Positions 36,859 through 45,399 of a stretch of DNA of 64,000 nucleotides are shown piece after piece; the stretch's first letter is position 1, and each line of letters begins with the position of its first letter. This DNA comes from Chitinophagales bacterium (GTDB lineage Bacteria; Bacteroidota; Bacteroidia; Chitinophagales; LD1). Below the pieces are notes generated by a model. That model ran no database searches. It worked only from the letters and a program-made list of their open reading frames with translations, and was not told the origin of the DNA. A program made the position numbers and the translations under genes. Location: positions 4,929 through 68,928 of the forward strand of contig DATGWP010000160.1 in the NCBI GenBank assembly GCA_035299425.1, written 5' to 3'.

Positions 36859-38976
36859 TTATTGTTCAACTGCGCTGCTGCGAACTTTACCTGAGTTTTT
36901 AGCAATTACTGCGTTAGCAACGTTTTCAGGCGCTGGCTGGAAACTGTGAAACTCCATGGTAGAAGTTGCACGGCCCGAAGTAAGCGTTCTCAACTGAGTA
37001 ACGTATCCGAACATTTCGCTCAATGGCACCTTAGCTTTTACTACCTGTGCATTTACCTTAGCTTCCATACCCTCTAACAAGCCACGACGACGGTTAAGGT
37101 CACCTACCACATCACCGGTGTTCTCATCAGGTGTAATAACTTCTACCTTCATGATTGGCTCAAGCAATACCGGCTTACAGTTTTTAGCTGCAGTACGGAA
37201 AGCAAGCTTAGCGCACAATTCGAAAGACAGGGCATCGGAGTCAACTGCGTGGAATGAACCATCGAACAGACGAACCTTTAAGCTATCTAATTCGTAGCCG
37301 GCCAATACACCCGTTTTCATAGCTTCTTTAAAGCCTTTCTCTACAGGTGGGATGAACTCACGAGGAATTGCACCACCGAATACATCATTGATAAACTGTA
37401 ATCCTATAGTACCTTCATCGGCAGGTCCGATTTCGATTTTGATATCGGCGAACTTACCACGACCACCCGTTTGTTTCTTATACGACTCGCGGTGCTCGAT
37501 AGTTTTAGTTAAGCGCTCTTTGTAGTTAACCTGAGGTGCACCCTGGTTACATTCTACGTTGAATTCGCGACGCAGACGATCTACAAGGATTTCAAGGTGA
37601 AGCTCACCCATACCTGCAATAATCGTTTGGCCGGTTTGCTCATCGAAAGACACCTTGAATGTAGGATCCTCTTCAGCAAGCTTACCTAGACTCATACCCA
37701 ATTTATCTAAATCCTTCTGTGCCTTAGGCTCGATAGCCAATGATATAACCGGCTCAGGGAATTTCATACTTTCTAACACAACCGGGTTCTTCTCTTCGCA
37801 AAGTGTATCGCCGGTGCGGATATCTTTAAAACCTACCGCTGCTGCAATATCGCCAGCCTCAACACGGTCAACCGGGTTTTGTTTATTGGCGTGCATCTGG
37901 AACAGACGAGAGATACGCTCTTTCTTTCCGGTGCGGGTGTTTAATATGTAAGAACCGGCATCAAGCCCGCCCTGGTAAACCCGGAAGTATGCCAAACGGC
38001 CTACATAAGGATCGGTAGCGATTTTGAACGCCAATGCACAGAAAGGTGCATCAGTATCAGGGTGAATTTCGATTTCTGCTTCGGTATCAGGGTTGGTAGC
38101 CTTAATGTTTGGCTTATCCTGAGGTGAAGGAAGAATAGCGCAAACTGCATCCAATACAGCCTGAACACCTTTATTTTTGAAAGCCGAACCGCAATACATA
38201 GGAACTACCTTTTGGGCAATTACAGCCTTACGAACCGCAGCGCGGATTTCTTCAGGAGATATTGAGTTAGGATCGGCAAAGTACTTTTCCATTAGCATGT
38301 CGTCGAACTCGGCAACCTGCTCTAACATTTTTTCGCGGTAGTTTTTTACTTCTTCTACCAGGTCATCAGGTATTGGAACAATGGTAGAGGTCATACCTCT
38401 GTCATCTTCGTTCCATATCATAGCTTCGTTGGTAATCAAATCAACTACACCTTTAAAGTTCTCTTCGTTACCAATAGGAATTTGCATTACCATAGGTGTA
38501 GAGCCCAACATGGTATTAACCTGGGTAACTACGTTGAAGAAATCGGCACCCTGACGGTCCATTTTATTTACAAAACCCAAACGGGCAACACCGTAGTTAT
38601 CGGCCAGGCGCCAGTTAGTTTCTGATTGAGGTTCAACACCATCCACCGCAGAGAAAAGGAATACCAAACCATCCAATACACGCAATGAGCGGTTAACTTC
38701 TACTGTGAAGTCAACGTGTCCCGGAGTATCGATGATGTTGATGTCATATTTCTTGTTCTTCCATGTCCAGGCGCAACGGGTAGCAGCCGAAGTGATGGTG
38801 ATACCACGCTCCTGCTCTTGCTCCATCCAGTCCATAGTAGCCGCACCTTCGTGTACTTCACCTATTTTGTAGTTTACACCGGTGTAATACAAAATACGCT
38901 CGGTAGTAGTTGTTTTACCGGCGTCGATGTGGGCAGCAATTCCAATATTTCTTGTATAACTAAGATCTTTTCCCAT
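36859..38976 (-). CDS. fusA: elongation factor G
   Basis: [29 protein letters not shown]. 705 aa. Confidence 0.98.
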   Translation of the reverse strand: MGKDLSYTRNIGIAAHIDAGKTTTTERILYYTGVNYKIGEVHEGAATMDWMEQEQERGITITSAATRCAWTWKNKKYDINIIDTPGHVDFTVEVNRSLRVLDGLVFLFSAVDGVEPQSETNWRLADNYGVARLGFVNKMDRQGADFFNVVTQVNTMLGSTPMVMQIPIGNEENFKGVVDLITNEAMIWNEDDRGMTSTIVPIPDDLVEEVKNYREKMLEQVAEFDDMLMEKYFADPNSISPEEIRAAVRKAVIAQKVVPMYCGSAFKNKGVQAVLDAVCAILPSPQDKPNIKATNPDTEAEIEIHPDTDAPFCALAFKIATDPYVGRLAYFRVYQGGLDAGSYILNTRTGKKERISRLFQMHANKQNPVDRVEAGDIAAAVGFKDIRTGDTLCEEKNPVVLESMKFPEPVISLAIEPKAQKDLDKLGMSLGKLAEEDPTFKVSFDEQTGQTIIAGMGELHLEILVDRLRREFNVECNQGAPQVNYKERLTKTIEHRESYKKQTGGRGKFADIKIEIGPADEGTIGLQFINDVFGGAIPREFIPPVEKGFKEAMKTGVLAGYELDSLKVRLFDGSFHAVDSDALSFELCAKLAFRTAAKNCKPVLLEPIMKVEVITPDENTGDVVGDLNRRRGLLEGMEAKVNAQVVKAKVPLSEMFGYVTQLRTLTSGRATSTMEFHSFQPAPENVANAVIAKNSGKVRSSAVEQ

Positions 38977-39002
38977 TTTGTTTTTAGTGTCCTCTGTTTA
39001 TT

Positions 39003-39034
39003 ATTTTTATTAAAAGTCCCCGCCGGGGCGGGGA
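39003..39034 (-). terminator. intra-operon GC hairpin between rpsG and fusA (possible partial terminator)
   Basis: TCCCCGC-CGGG-GCGGGGA followed on the minus strand by CTTTTAATAAAAAT. Confidence 0.4.
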
Positions 39035-39042
39035 TTTATTAT

Positions 39043-39510
39043 TTAGAACTTGAAGTGAGCGAAAGCCTTGTTAGCCTCGGCCATTTTGTGTGTATCTTCT
39101 TTCTTTTTGAAAGCACCACCTTCACCTTTAGAACCTGCGATAATTTCAGAAGCAAGCTTATCGGCCATGCTCTTACCGTTTCTATCGCGGCTGTATTGTA
39201 TAATCCACTTCATAGCAACAGAAGCTTTGCGATCGCCGCGAACTTCGGTAGGTATCTGGAAGTTGGCACCACCAATACGGCGGGTTTTAACCTCTACAGA
39301 AGGGCCGATGTTCTGGATAGACTTCTTCCAAACATCCATTCCTGGCTCTTTGGTTCTTTCCTCGATCAAATCAAGTGCACCATAGAATATGCTATAGGCT
39401 ACTGATTTCTTTCCTTCGTACATTAAACGGTTAACAAACTGTGTAACCATTACATCACCGAATTTAGGATCTGGCTGAACGTAACGTTTCGGAGCTTTCT
39501 TTTTTCTCAT
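39043..39510 (-). CDS. rpsG: 30S ribosomal protein S7
   Basis: 155 aa, ..VEVKTRRIGGANFQIP... Confidence 0.97.
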   Translation of the reverse strand: MRKKKAPKRYVQPDPKFGDVMVTQFVNRLMYEGKKSVAYSIFYGALDLIEERTKEPGMDVWKKSIQNIGPSVEVKTRRIGGANFQIPTEVRGDRKASVAMKWIIQYSRDRNGKSMADKLASEIIAGSKGEGGAFKKKEDTHKMAEANKAFAHFKF

Positions 39511-39542
39511 TGCTTTAAGTTTCTATTTACTTATTTATCTTA

Positions 39543-39947
39543 TTATTTTTTCTTGGCAGGGGCAGCTACTGCACCGGCTTTAGGTCTCTTAGTACCGTAT
39601 TTAGAGCGGCTCTTCTTTCTGTTTTCTACACCTGCGGTATCTAATGAACCACGCACGATGTGATAACGAACACCCGGAAGATCCTTAACACGACCACCGC
39701 GGATTAGTACGATAGAGTGCTCTTGCAGGTTGTGGCCTTCGCCCGGTATGTAGGCGATGATTTCTACTGCGTTTGTCAAACGAACCTTAGCTACTTTACG
39801 TAGGGCTGAGTTAGGTTTTTTAGGCGTAGTAGTGTAAACGCGGGTACAAACTCCACGCTTTTGAGGACAAGAATCTAACGCACGGCTTTTAGACTTCGCA
39901 CGGATGATTGAACGTGATTTTCTTACTAACTGTTGAATTGTTGGCAT
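39543..39947 (-). CDS. rpsL: 30S ribosomal protein S12
   Basis: [21 protein letters not shown].. with a Lys-rich C-terminal tail. Confidence 0.97.
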   Translation of the reverse strand: MPTIQQLVRKSRSIIRAKSKSRALDSCPQKRGVCTRVYTTTPKKPNSALRKVAKVRLTNAVEIIAYIPGEGHNLQEHSIVLIRGGRVKDLPGVRYHIVRGSLDTAGVENRKKSRSKYGTKRPKAGAVAAPAKKK

Positions 39948-39961
39948 TTCGCTCTTTTATT

Positions 39962-40001
39962 TTGGGACGGCAAAAGTAGTTTTATATTTCTAATTTCAAA
40001 A
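39962..40001 (-). promoter_or_regulatory. Bacteroidota-type promoter of rpsL-rpsG-fusA-rpsJ-rplC
   Basis: The minus strand reads TTTG-18 nt-TACTTTTG-CCGTCCC. The -7 box lies at 39971-39978, 24 nt before the ATG. Confidence 0.55.
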
Positions 40002-40127
40002 TTGGTTTGGAGGTAATTTGCAGGGTTTTCTGAATGGAGCGCAATTAAATAAGAATTGGGAGCCTCTATGTAAAGTTTAAAAGACATTCTTGCACGAAAT
40101 GGGGTCTTAAAAGAGGGAATTATTGCC

Positions 40128-40358
40128 TTTTCGTTCTGCTTTTACTTTTTTGGCTTGACCCAAAAAAGTAACAAAAAAGGTCAAGGCTGTGTGACTTTTG
40201 GCTAAAAATCATTCCGTAAACCTAAACTGCGTGAACTTGTGGCGCGTGGAAAACCTGGTAGAACAAATGAAGCTGGCGCCGCGCCACTTCGAACAGCACG
40301 CAGTTTTTAACGGTTTACTTCATGATTTTTTTAACGCCAAAATTCACAAGGCCTTTCC
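40128..40358. repeat. copy 2 of ~220-nt conserved intergenic element
   Basis: Aligns with 31221-31462. The hairpin at 40142-40171 has a paired C/G deletion relative to copy 1. Confidence 0.8.
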
Positions 40359-40393
40359 AAATAACCCGAGAATATTCCGGATTTATGCCTTAG

Positions 40394-40419
40394 ATAAAAC
40401 CGTTGGTTGAAACCAACGG
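40394..40419 (-). terminator. intrinsic terminator after the xerC-like/CPCC gene pair
   Basis: CCGTTGGT-TGAA-ACCAACGG. The minus strand reads the hairpin followed by TTTTATC. Confidence 0.6.
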
Positions 40420-40502
40420 CACCTTGATAAAAGGAATAAATACTTCTATTTGATAACGGACTAAAGTCCGCTAATACATTTAGGTCAGACCTTGGGGTGC
40501 GC

Positions 40503-40940
40503 CTATTTGTAAATCGCCCTTAACAAAGCAGAAGCTTCTTTCAGCAGTTTTTTCCGCTCCTTTATAGTGGTAGCAGTCATTGCAAGGTTATATTTTTCAA
40601 TTACCTGCTTTTTCAATTCTGCTTTTTTAATTCCATTTTCAAACCCAGGGCTATCCGATGGTCGGTAGCTGATTAAATACTGACAAAAATTCGCTCTGGC
40701 CTCGGTTAAAGAGTAATCATGATTAGGCCCGCCCAGTACTTTGTCGGCATTGTGGTCGTCTTGCCCATCATCTTCCCAATAGCACATTAGGCATATATTC
40801 CAGCCCTGCCTTTCGGTTAATGTCGGCAGGTAACAACACGGGCACAGAAAATACTTATCGAAGGCTTTAAAGGTTTGTTGCTGCGCTCCCTCTAATTCTT
40901 TTACGTAAAAATTAAACCAATCTTGATTAGGCTTCTTCAT
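40503..40940 (-). CDS. cysteine-rich CPCC-domain protein
   Basis: CPCCYLPTL..WNICLMCYWEDDGQDD..GGPNHDYSLTEARANF matches the CPCC family signature. Confidence 0.7.
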   Translation of the reverse strand: MKKPNQDWFNFYVKELEGAQQQTFKAFDKYFLCPCCYLPTLTERQGWNICLMCYWEDDGQDDHNADKVLGGPNHDYSLTEARANFCQYLISYRPSDSPGFENGIKKAELKKQVIEKYNLAMTATTIKERKKLLKEASALLRAIYK

Positions 40941-40944
40941 TGTA

Positions 40945-41829
40945 TTACGCCTTTGGGTGCGCCTGCTTGTAAATGTTTTTGAGCTTATCTATAGTATTGT
41001 GGGTGTAAACCTGGGTGGCGGCGAGGCTGGCATGGCCGAGGAGTTCTTTTACGGCGTTGATGTCGGCGCCGTTGTTCATTAAGTGGGTGGCGAAGGTGTG
41101 GCGAAGGGTGTGGGGGCTGCGTTTATCCACGGTGGTAACCAGGTCGAGGTATTTTTTAACAACCTTGTAAACGGTAGGGGCATCCAGCTTTTTGCCTTTG
41201 GGGCTTACAATAAGGTAGCTGCCCTCCTGCCCTGCCACGGCCTGCCTTTTAATTTCAATAAACTCCTTTATAGTAGTAGTAAGCCGGTTGTGCACGGGTA
41301 TAATGCGCTCTTTGTTGCCCTTGCCCAGCACTTTTATTTGCGAGTTGTAGCTGTCGAAGTCGGTTTCTTTCAGGTTCATGAGCTCGCTGCGGCGCATGCC
41401 GGTGCCGTAGAGCAGCTCTATAATAATGCGGTCCCGGGCACCTTCGTAGCCTTCGGGGAACTCAATCTGGCTCAAGAGCTTTTCTATGCCCGGCTGTTCT
41501 ACAAATACAGGCAGCCTTTTGCTGGTTTTAGGTGTTTGCACCTTGGCCAGCGGGTTTTTCTTCAATTCGCCTTTGCGCATCAAAAACTTATAGAACGATT
41601 GCAGGGCCGATACCTTGCGGTTGATAGTGCGCGGGGTAATCTTTTGCTCCATCATGCTCACCATCCAGTTGCGGATATCTATATGACTGGCCTGGGGCAC
41701 TTCTTTTTCGTAGTCTTTAAGAAAGGCGGTGAACTGTAGCAAATCATTAGTGTACGACTCGAGCGTGTGCGGCGAGCTACGCTTTTCGTATTGCATGAAG
41801 TTGAGAAAGGATTGGATTTGCGCGTTCAT
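40945..41829 (-). CDS. xerC: XerC/XerD-type tyrosine recombinase
   Basis: SAM-like N-domain and catalytic R..HxxR..Y set (GMRRSEL, HTLRHTFATHL, LGHASLAATQVYTH). 294 aa. Confidence 0.88.
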   Translation of the reverse strand: MNAQIQSFLNFMQYEKRSSPHTLESYTNDLLQFTAFLKDYEKEVPQASHIDIRNWMVSMMEQKITPRTINRKVSALQSFYKFLMRKGELKKNPLAKVQTPKTSKRLPVFVEQPGIEKLLSQIEFPEGYEGARDRIIIELLYGTGMRRSELMNLKETDFDSYNSQIKVLGKGNKERIIPVHNRLTTTIKEFIEIKRQAVAGQEGSYLIVSPKGKKLDAPTVYKVVKKYLDLVTTVDKRSPHTLRHTFATHLMNNGADINAVKELLGHASLAATQVYTHNTIDKLKNIYKQAHPKA

Positions 41830-42015
41830 TGGTCTGAACTATGATTTTTATGATTAGCTGATTAATGCCATGATTAATACAGAAATACAATTGTCTGAAT
41901 CAGGATTTACAGGATGAAAGGATTGAATACAGATGAATACAGAATACATTTTTTACCACATAGGAACATAGAATACAGTAATTACAAGATTAATCCAAAA
42001 GACAACAGAAGAATG
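41830..42015. repeat. copy A of duplicated upstream (promoter/leader) segment, abutting the xerC start
   Basis: Aligns with 42980-43110 apart from a roughly 60-nt insert. Contains four TGATTA boxes and multiple GAATACA boxes. Confidence 0.6.
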
Positions 42016-42103
42016 CAAGAAGAAACAACCATTACAAAGTAACAACGCTTAGCCGGGATATTTATGATGGCTTGTGAACAGGGAAGCGCGAGCGACTAAT
42101 AAA

Positions 42104-42979
42104 CTATTCTATCAACTTGTAATTTCTATACTCCCCTACCGATATGCCGAAAGTATTTTCTATCCACCGGCGGAGGCGATATTTGAGTTTCATTTTGCTT
42201 TTGGTGGTATCGAAGTCGAAAGTCCAGTTTTGTTTAGCGATGCGGGGCTGTATTATTGCAGGGTGGGTGCCTTCAAATTTCTTTAGTGAATCTATAATGC
42301 CGTAGTCGTATTCGGTGGCCTTCACTACGTTTTGTTCTACCCAGGTATCATCGTGCCATAGCTTGTGGAAGTTCTCTTGCTTGCGCTGCTGGGCCTGCGG
42401 GTCTTTTACCCAGCCGTAGTGGTAAACAAATGCATCGATTTGTTTTACGTTAAGCTTCTCTCCCGCCCCTTTTCTAAAACCCTGTGCATCGCCGTGGCTA
42501 TATATATTGGTGCGCTTGCGCACTATGCGTATCTCTTTGCGGTACCAGTTATACGCATCGGCGGTGTAGTTGTACGCGCCATAAAAGTGCAGGTAGTTGA
42601 ACAACAGGCCATCTACGGCTTTATTGTCTTTATGCTGTAGCATAGCAGCGCGGATGTTATCGTGGTATTTTTCGTGCACTACTTCATCGGCCTGTATGTA
42701 AAAGGCCCAATCGGTATCGGGCGCTATGTGGGCAAATGCTTTGTCGGTTTCTATAGCTAATACTTTGCCGCCCTGACGCAGGTTATCGTCCCATACGGTT
42801 TGCACAATCTTTATTTTGGGGGAGTTGATGCTCTGTATCAGGGCCAGGGTATCATCTTCGCTATTGCCTACGGATACAATAAACTCATCGCAGAGGGGCA
42901 GTATAGAAAGTATGGCTTCTACAACGGGGTAGTCGTATTTGAGGGCGTTGCGCACTATGGTGAAGCCAGATACTTTCAT
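42104..42979 (-). CDS. family 2 glycosyltransferase
   Basis: MKVSGFTIVRNALKYDYP.., GNSEDDT, acidic QADE motif. GT-A-like N-terminal half. Confidence 0.7.
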   Translation of the reverse strand: MKVSGFTIVRNALKYDYPVVEAILSILPLCDEFIVSVGNSEDDTLALIQSINSPKIKIVQTVWDDNLRQGGKVLAIETDKAFAHIAPDTDWAFYIQADEVVHEKYHDNIRAAMLQHKDNKAVDGLLFNYLHFYGAYNYTADAYNWYRKEIRIVRKRTNIYSHGDAQGFRKGAGEKLNVKQIDAFVYHYGWVKDPQAQQRKQENFHKLWHDDTWVEQNVVKATEYDYGIIDSLKKFEGTHPAIIQPRIAKQNWTFDFDTTKSKMKLKYRLRRWIENTFGISVGEYRNYKLIE

Positions 42980-43110
42980 GGTCTTAAACTATGATCTGTA
43001 TGATTTACTGATTAATACATGATAAATACAGAAATGCACTTGACTAACCACATAGGCATATAGAATACAATAACAACAAGGTTAATACAAAGCGAACAGA
43101 AGAATACATT
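42980..43110. repeat. copy B of duplicated upstream segment, abutting the GT2 start
   Basis: Begins at position -1 of the start codon, exactly as copy A does. Confidence 0.6.
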
Positions 43111-43167
43111 GCCCGGGCAAAATTTGCTATGCTAATATCGATTTATTAAAGGACGGATATTGCATTA

Positions 43168-43207
43168 CAAAAAGCAAAACCTCACCCCGACTAAACGGAA
43201 TGAGGTT
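43168..43207 (-). terminator. intrinsic terminator of rpsU
   Basis: AACCTCA..TGAGGTT stem. The minus strand reads the hairpin followed by TTTTGCTTTTTG. Confidence 0.5.
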
Positions 43208-43234
43208 TTGGTATATAAAAAGGCCAAAAGGATA

Positions 43235-43429
43235 CTATCCTTCCAGTTCTCTTCTTAAGTTTTGGATATAACCGGCTTTCAGTACGGTTTGACGGCGTAC
43301 GATGCTTGGTTTGGTGAAAGTCTGACGCTCACGCAATTGACGTAAAATACCAGCTTTTTCGAATTTCTTCTTGTACTTCTTAAGTGCTCTGTCAATTGAT
43401 TCCGACTCTCTTGCGTCTATTATTAGCAT
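43235..43429 (-). CDS. rpsU: 30S ribosomal protein S21
   Basis: MLIIDARESESIDRALKKYKKKFEKAGILRQLRERQTFTKPS. The ORF-track extension to 43558 overlaps the acyl-CoA dehydrogenase gene and is rejected. Confidence 0.92.
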   Translation of the reverse strand: MLIIDARESESIDRALKKYKKKFEKAGILRQLRERQTFTKPSIVRRQTVLKAGYIQNLRRELEG

Positions 43430-43442
43430 GTGTTGTAAAAAT

Positions 43443-43482
43443 TTTGGACGGCAAAAATAAAAACTCCTTTCTAAAAACCAAA
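43443..43482 (-). promoter_or_regulatory. Bacteroidota-type promoter of rpsU
   Basis: The minus strand reads TTTG-19 nt-TATTTTTG-CCGTCC. Confidence 0.5.
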
Positions 43483-44640
43483 CTAAATATTTCCTTTCAT
43501 TATTTCCCGGCTGATAACCAGCTTTTGAATTTCGCTGGTGCCCTCGCCTATGGTGCAAAGTTTAGAATCACGATAGAATTTCTCTACCGGGAAATCTTTG
43601 GTATATCCGTAGCCACCAAATATTTGCACAGCATCGGTAGATACCTGAACGGCTACCTCTGAGGTGTAATATTTAGCAAAGGCAGATTCTTTGGTCATTT
43701 TCTTTCCTTCGTTTTTAAGGTAAGCAGCCTGCATGGTTAACAGTTCGCCTGCCTCAATTTTAGTAGCCATATCTGCCAGTTTAAAGGCAATAGCCTGGAA
43801 ATTAGCGATTGGCTGACCAAACTGCTCGCGCTCTTTGGCATACTTTACAGCAGCTTCGTAAGCGCCTTTGGCAATACCTAAGCCGAGGGCCGCGATAGAA
43901 ATACGGCCACCATCTAATATTTGCATAGCCTGCTGAAAACCGGTGCCGATTTTAGATTCGCCACCTACTACGTTTTCATCGGGCACAAAGCAATCTTCGA
44001 AAATTACTTCGGCTGTTTCGCTTGCGCGCATGCCCAGTTTGTTTTCTTTTTTACCAGCCTTAAGACCTTTGGTACCTCTTTCTATAATAAAGGCAGTCAT
44101 ACCTTTGGTATCTAATAGTTCGCCGGTGCGCACAATGGCTAGAACCACATCGCCGGTAGCGCCGTGGGTAATCCAGTTTTTGTTGCCGTTAAGCACCCAG
44201 CCGCCGTCAACTTTCTTGGCGGTAACTTTCATACGCATAGCATCTGAACCCGTATTGGCTTCGGTTAATGCCCATGCACCAATCCATTCGCCGGTAGCCA
44301 GCTTAGGAAGGTATTTTTTCTTTTGCTCCTCGGTGCCGTGGTAGTAAATGTGACCGGTGCAAAGCGAATTGTGTGCTGCTACCGAAAGACCGATACTACC
44401 GCAAACTTTGGCGATTTCTGAAACTACAGTTACGTATTCGAAGTAGCTAAGGCCCGAGCCGCTGTATTTTTCAGGCACATATACGCCCAGAAAACCAAGT
44501 TCGCCCATTTTATGGAAAAGGTCGCGCGGAAAAGTTTGCGCCTCATCCCAAAGCATGATGTTTGGGCGGATTTCTTTTTCGGCAAAATCTTTAATGGTTT
44601 GCGCAATCATTATCTGATTTTCGCTGTATTCAAAGTTCAT
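43483..44640 (-). CDS. acyl-CoA dehydrogenase
   Basis: [22 protein letters not shown], catalytic-base region [13 protein letters not shown] at 44640 is preferred. Confidence 0.92.
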   Translation of the reverse strand: MNFEYSENQIMIAQTIKDFAEKEIRPNIMLWDEAQTFPRDLFHKMGELGFLGVYVPEKYSGSGLSYFEYVTVVSEIAKVCGSIGLSVAAHNSLCTGHIYYHGTEEQKKKYLPKLATGEWIGAWALTEANTGSDAMRMKVTAKKVDGGWVLNGNKNWITHGATGDVVLAIVRTGELLDTKGMTAFIIERGTKGLKAGKKENKLGMRASETAEVIFEDCFVPDENVVGGESKIGTGFQQAMQILDGGRISIAALGLGIAKGAYEAAVKYAKEREQFGQPIANFQAIAFKLADMATKIEAGELLTMQAAYLKNEGKKMTKESAFAKYYTSEVAVQVSTDAVQIFGGYGYTKDFPVEKFYRDSKLCTIGEGTSEIQKLVISREIMKGNI

Positions 44641-44779
44641 TCCTGTGCTTGTAGTTTGGTTGGTAGCCGATGCGCCCATATAGCTGTTGTTTTTATTCTG
44701 TTTGTTGTGAGCAAAATGAGGGTGCGAATATAGGAAAAATAGTGCACCCGCGCTATAGGGCGTGAAACCACCACCCCGT

Positions 44780-44837
44780 CTCGCCTTCGGCGAGCCACCC
44801 CTCCTTAAAATCCGCCGCGGTAGCGGCGAAGGAGGGG
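44780..44837. repeat. pair of GC-rich hairpins downstream of apt
   Basis: CTCGC-CTTCG-GCGAG, and CCCCTCCTT..(CGCCGC-GGTA-GCGGCG)..AAGGAGGGG. Confidence 0.45.
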
Positions 44838-44850
44838 AATCTAACAGCCT

Positions 44851-45399
44851 CTAAAAATGGATGGAGGATACTATGTTGGATGAGTAAGGGGTTATTTTAT
44901 CGCGGCCGTTGAGAAAGTCGAGTTCGGCGATGAAAGAGAAGCCGGAAACATGTCCGCCTTCCATTTTAACAAGCTCGGCAGCTGCCATGGCTGTGCCACC
45001 GGTGGCCAACAGGTCGTCGTGAATCATTACATGCCATTCGGGTTTCACCACACCGGTGTGTATTTCGAGAGTGGCCGTGCCGTACTCTAAATCGTAGGTA
45101 TAGACTTTGGTAGCAGCAGGCAGCTTGCCCTTTTTGCGCACCGGAAATAAAGGGATGTTGAGTTTTTGAGCTATAAGAATACCTATAAAGAAACCACGAC
45201 TCTCGATAGCACAAATAGCATCTACCTTACCATGATTGTGCAAAAAGCTATTGATAATGCCTTCGGCTATTTCATCGCATAGCCTGGGGTCTAAAAATAT
45301 AGGTGTAATATCTTTGAACTGAATTCCGGGCTTGGGGAAGTCGGGCACAGTGCGGATGGTGGTGTTTAGTTTTTCTCTAAGTGACATTGTATTTATCAT
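44851..45399 (-). CDS. apt: adenine phosphoribosyltransferase
   Basis: PDFPKPGIQFKDITP and PRPP motif VMIHDDLLATGGT. Confidence 0.93.
   Translation of the reverse strand: MINTMSLREKLNTTIRTVPDFPKPGIQFKDITPIFLDPRLCDEIAEGIINSFLHNHGKVDAICAIESRGFFIGILIAQKLNIPLFPVRKKGKLPAATKVYTYDLEYGTATLEIHTGVVKPEWHVMIHDDLLATGGTAMAAAELVKMEGGHVSGFSFIAELDFLNGRDKITPYSSNIVSSIHF

Noticed and set aside
41830-42103. An invertible promoter (phase-variation switch) next to the tyrosine recombinase.
   Set aside because: The repeated segments are direct, not inverted. The recombinase looks like the housekeeping XerC/D type. No flanking inverted repeats were found by eye.
43235-43558. The 107-aa ORF-track version of rpsU, which extends into the acyl-CoA dehydrogenase gene.
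   Set aside because: The S21 homology starts at MLIIDARE (ATG at 43429). The extension overlaps the dehydrogenase 3' end and the rpsU promoter.
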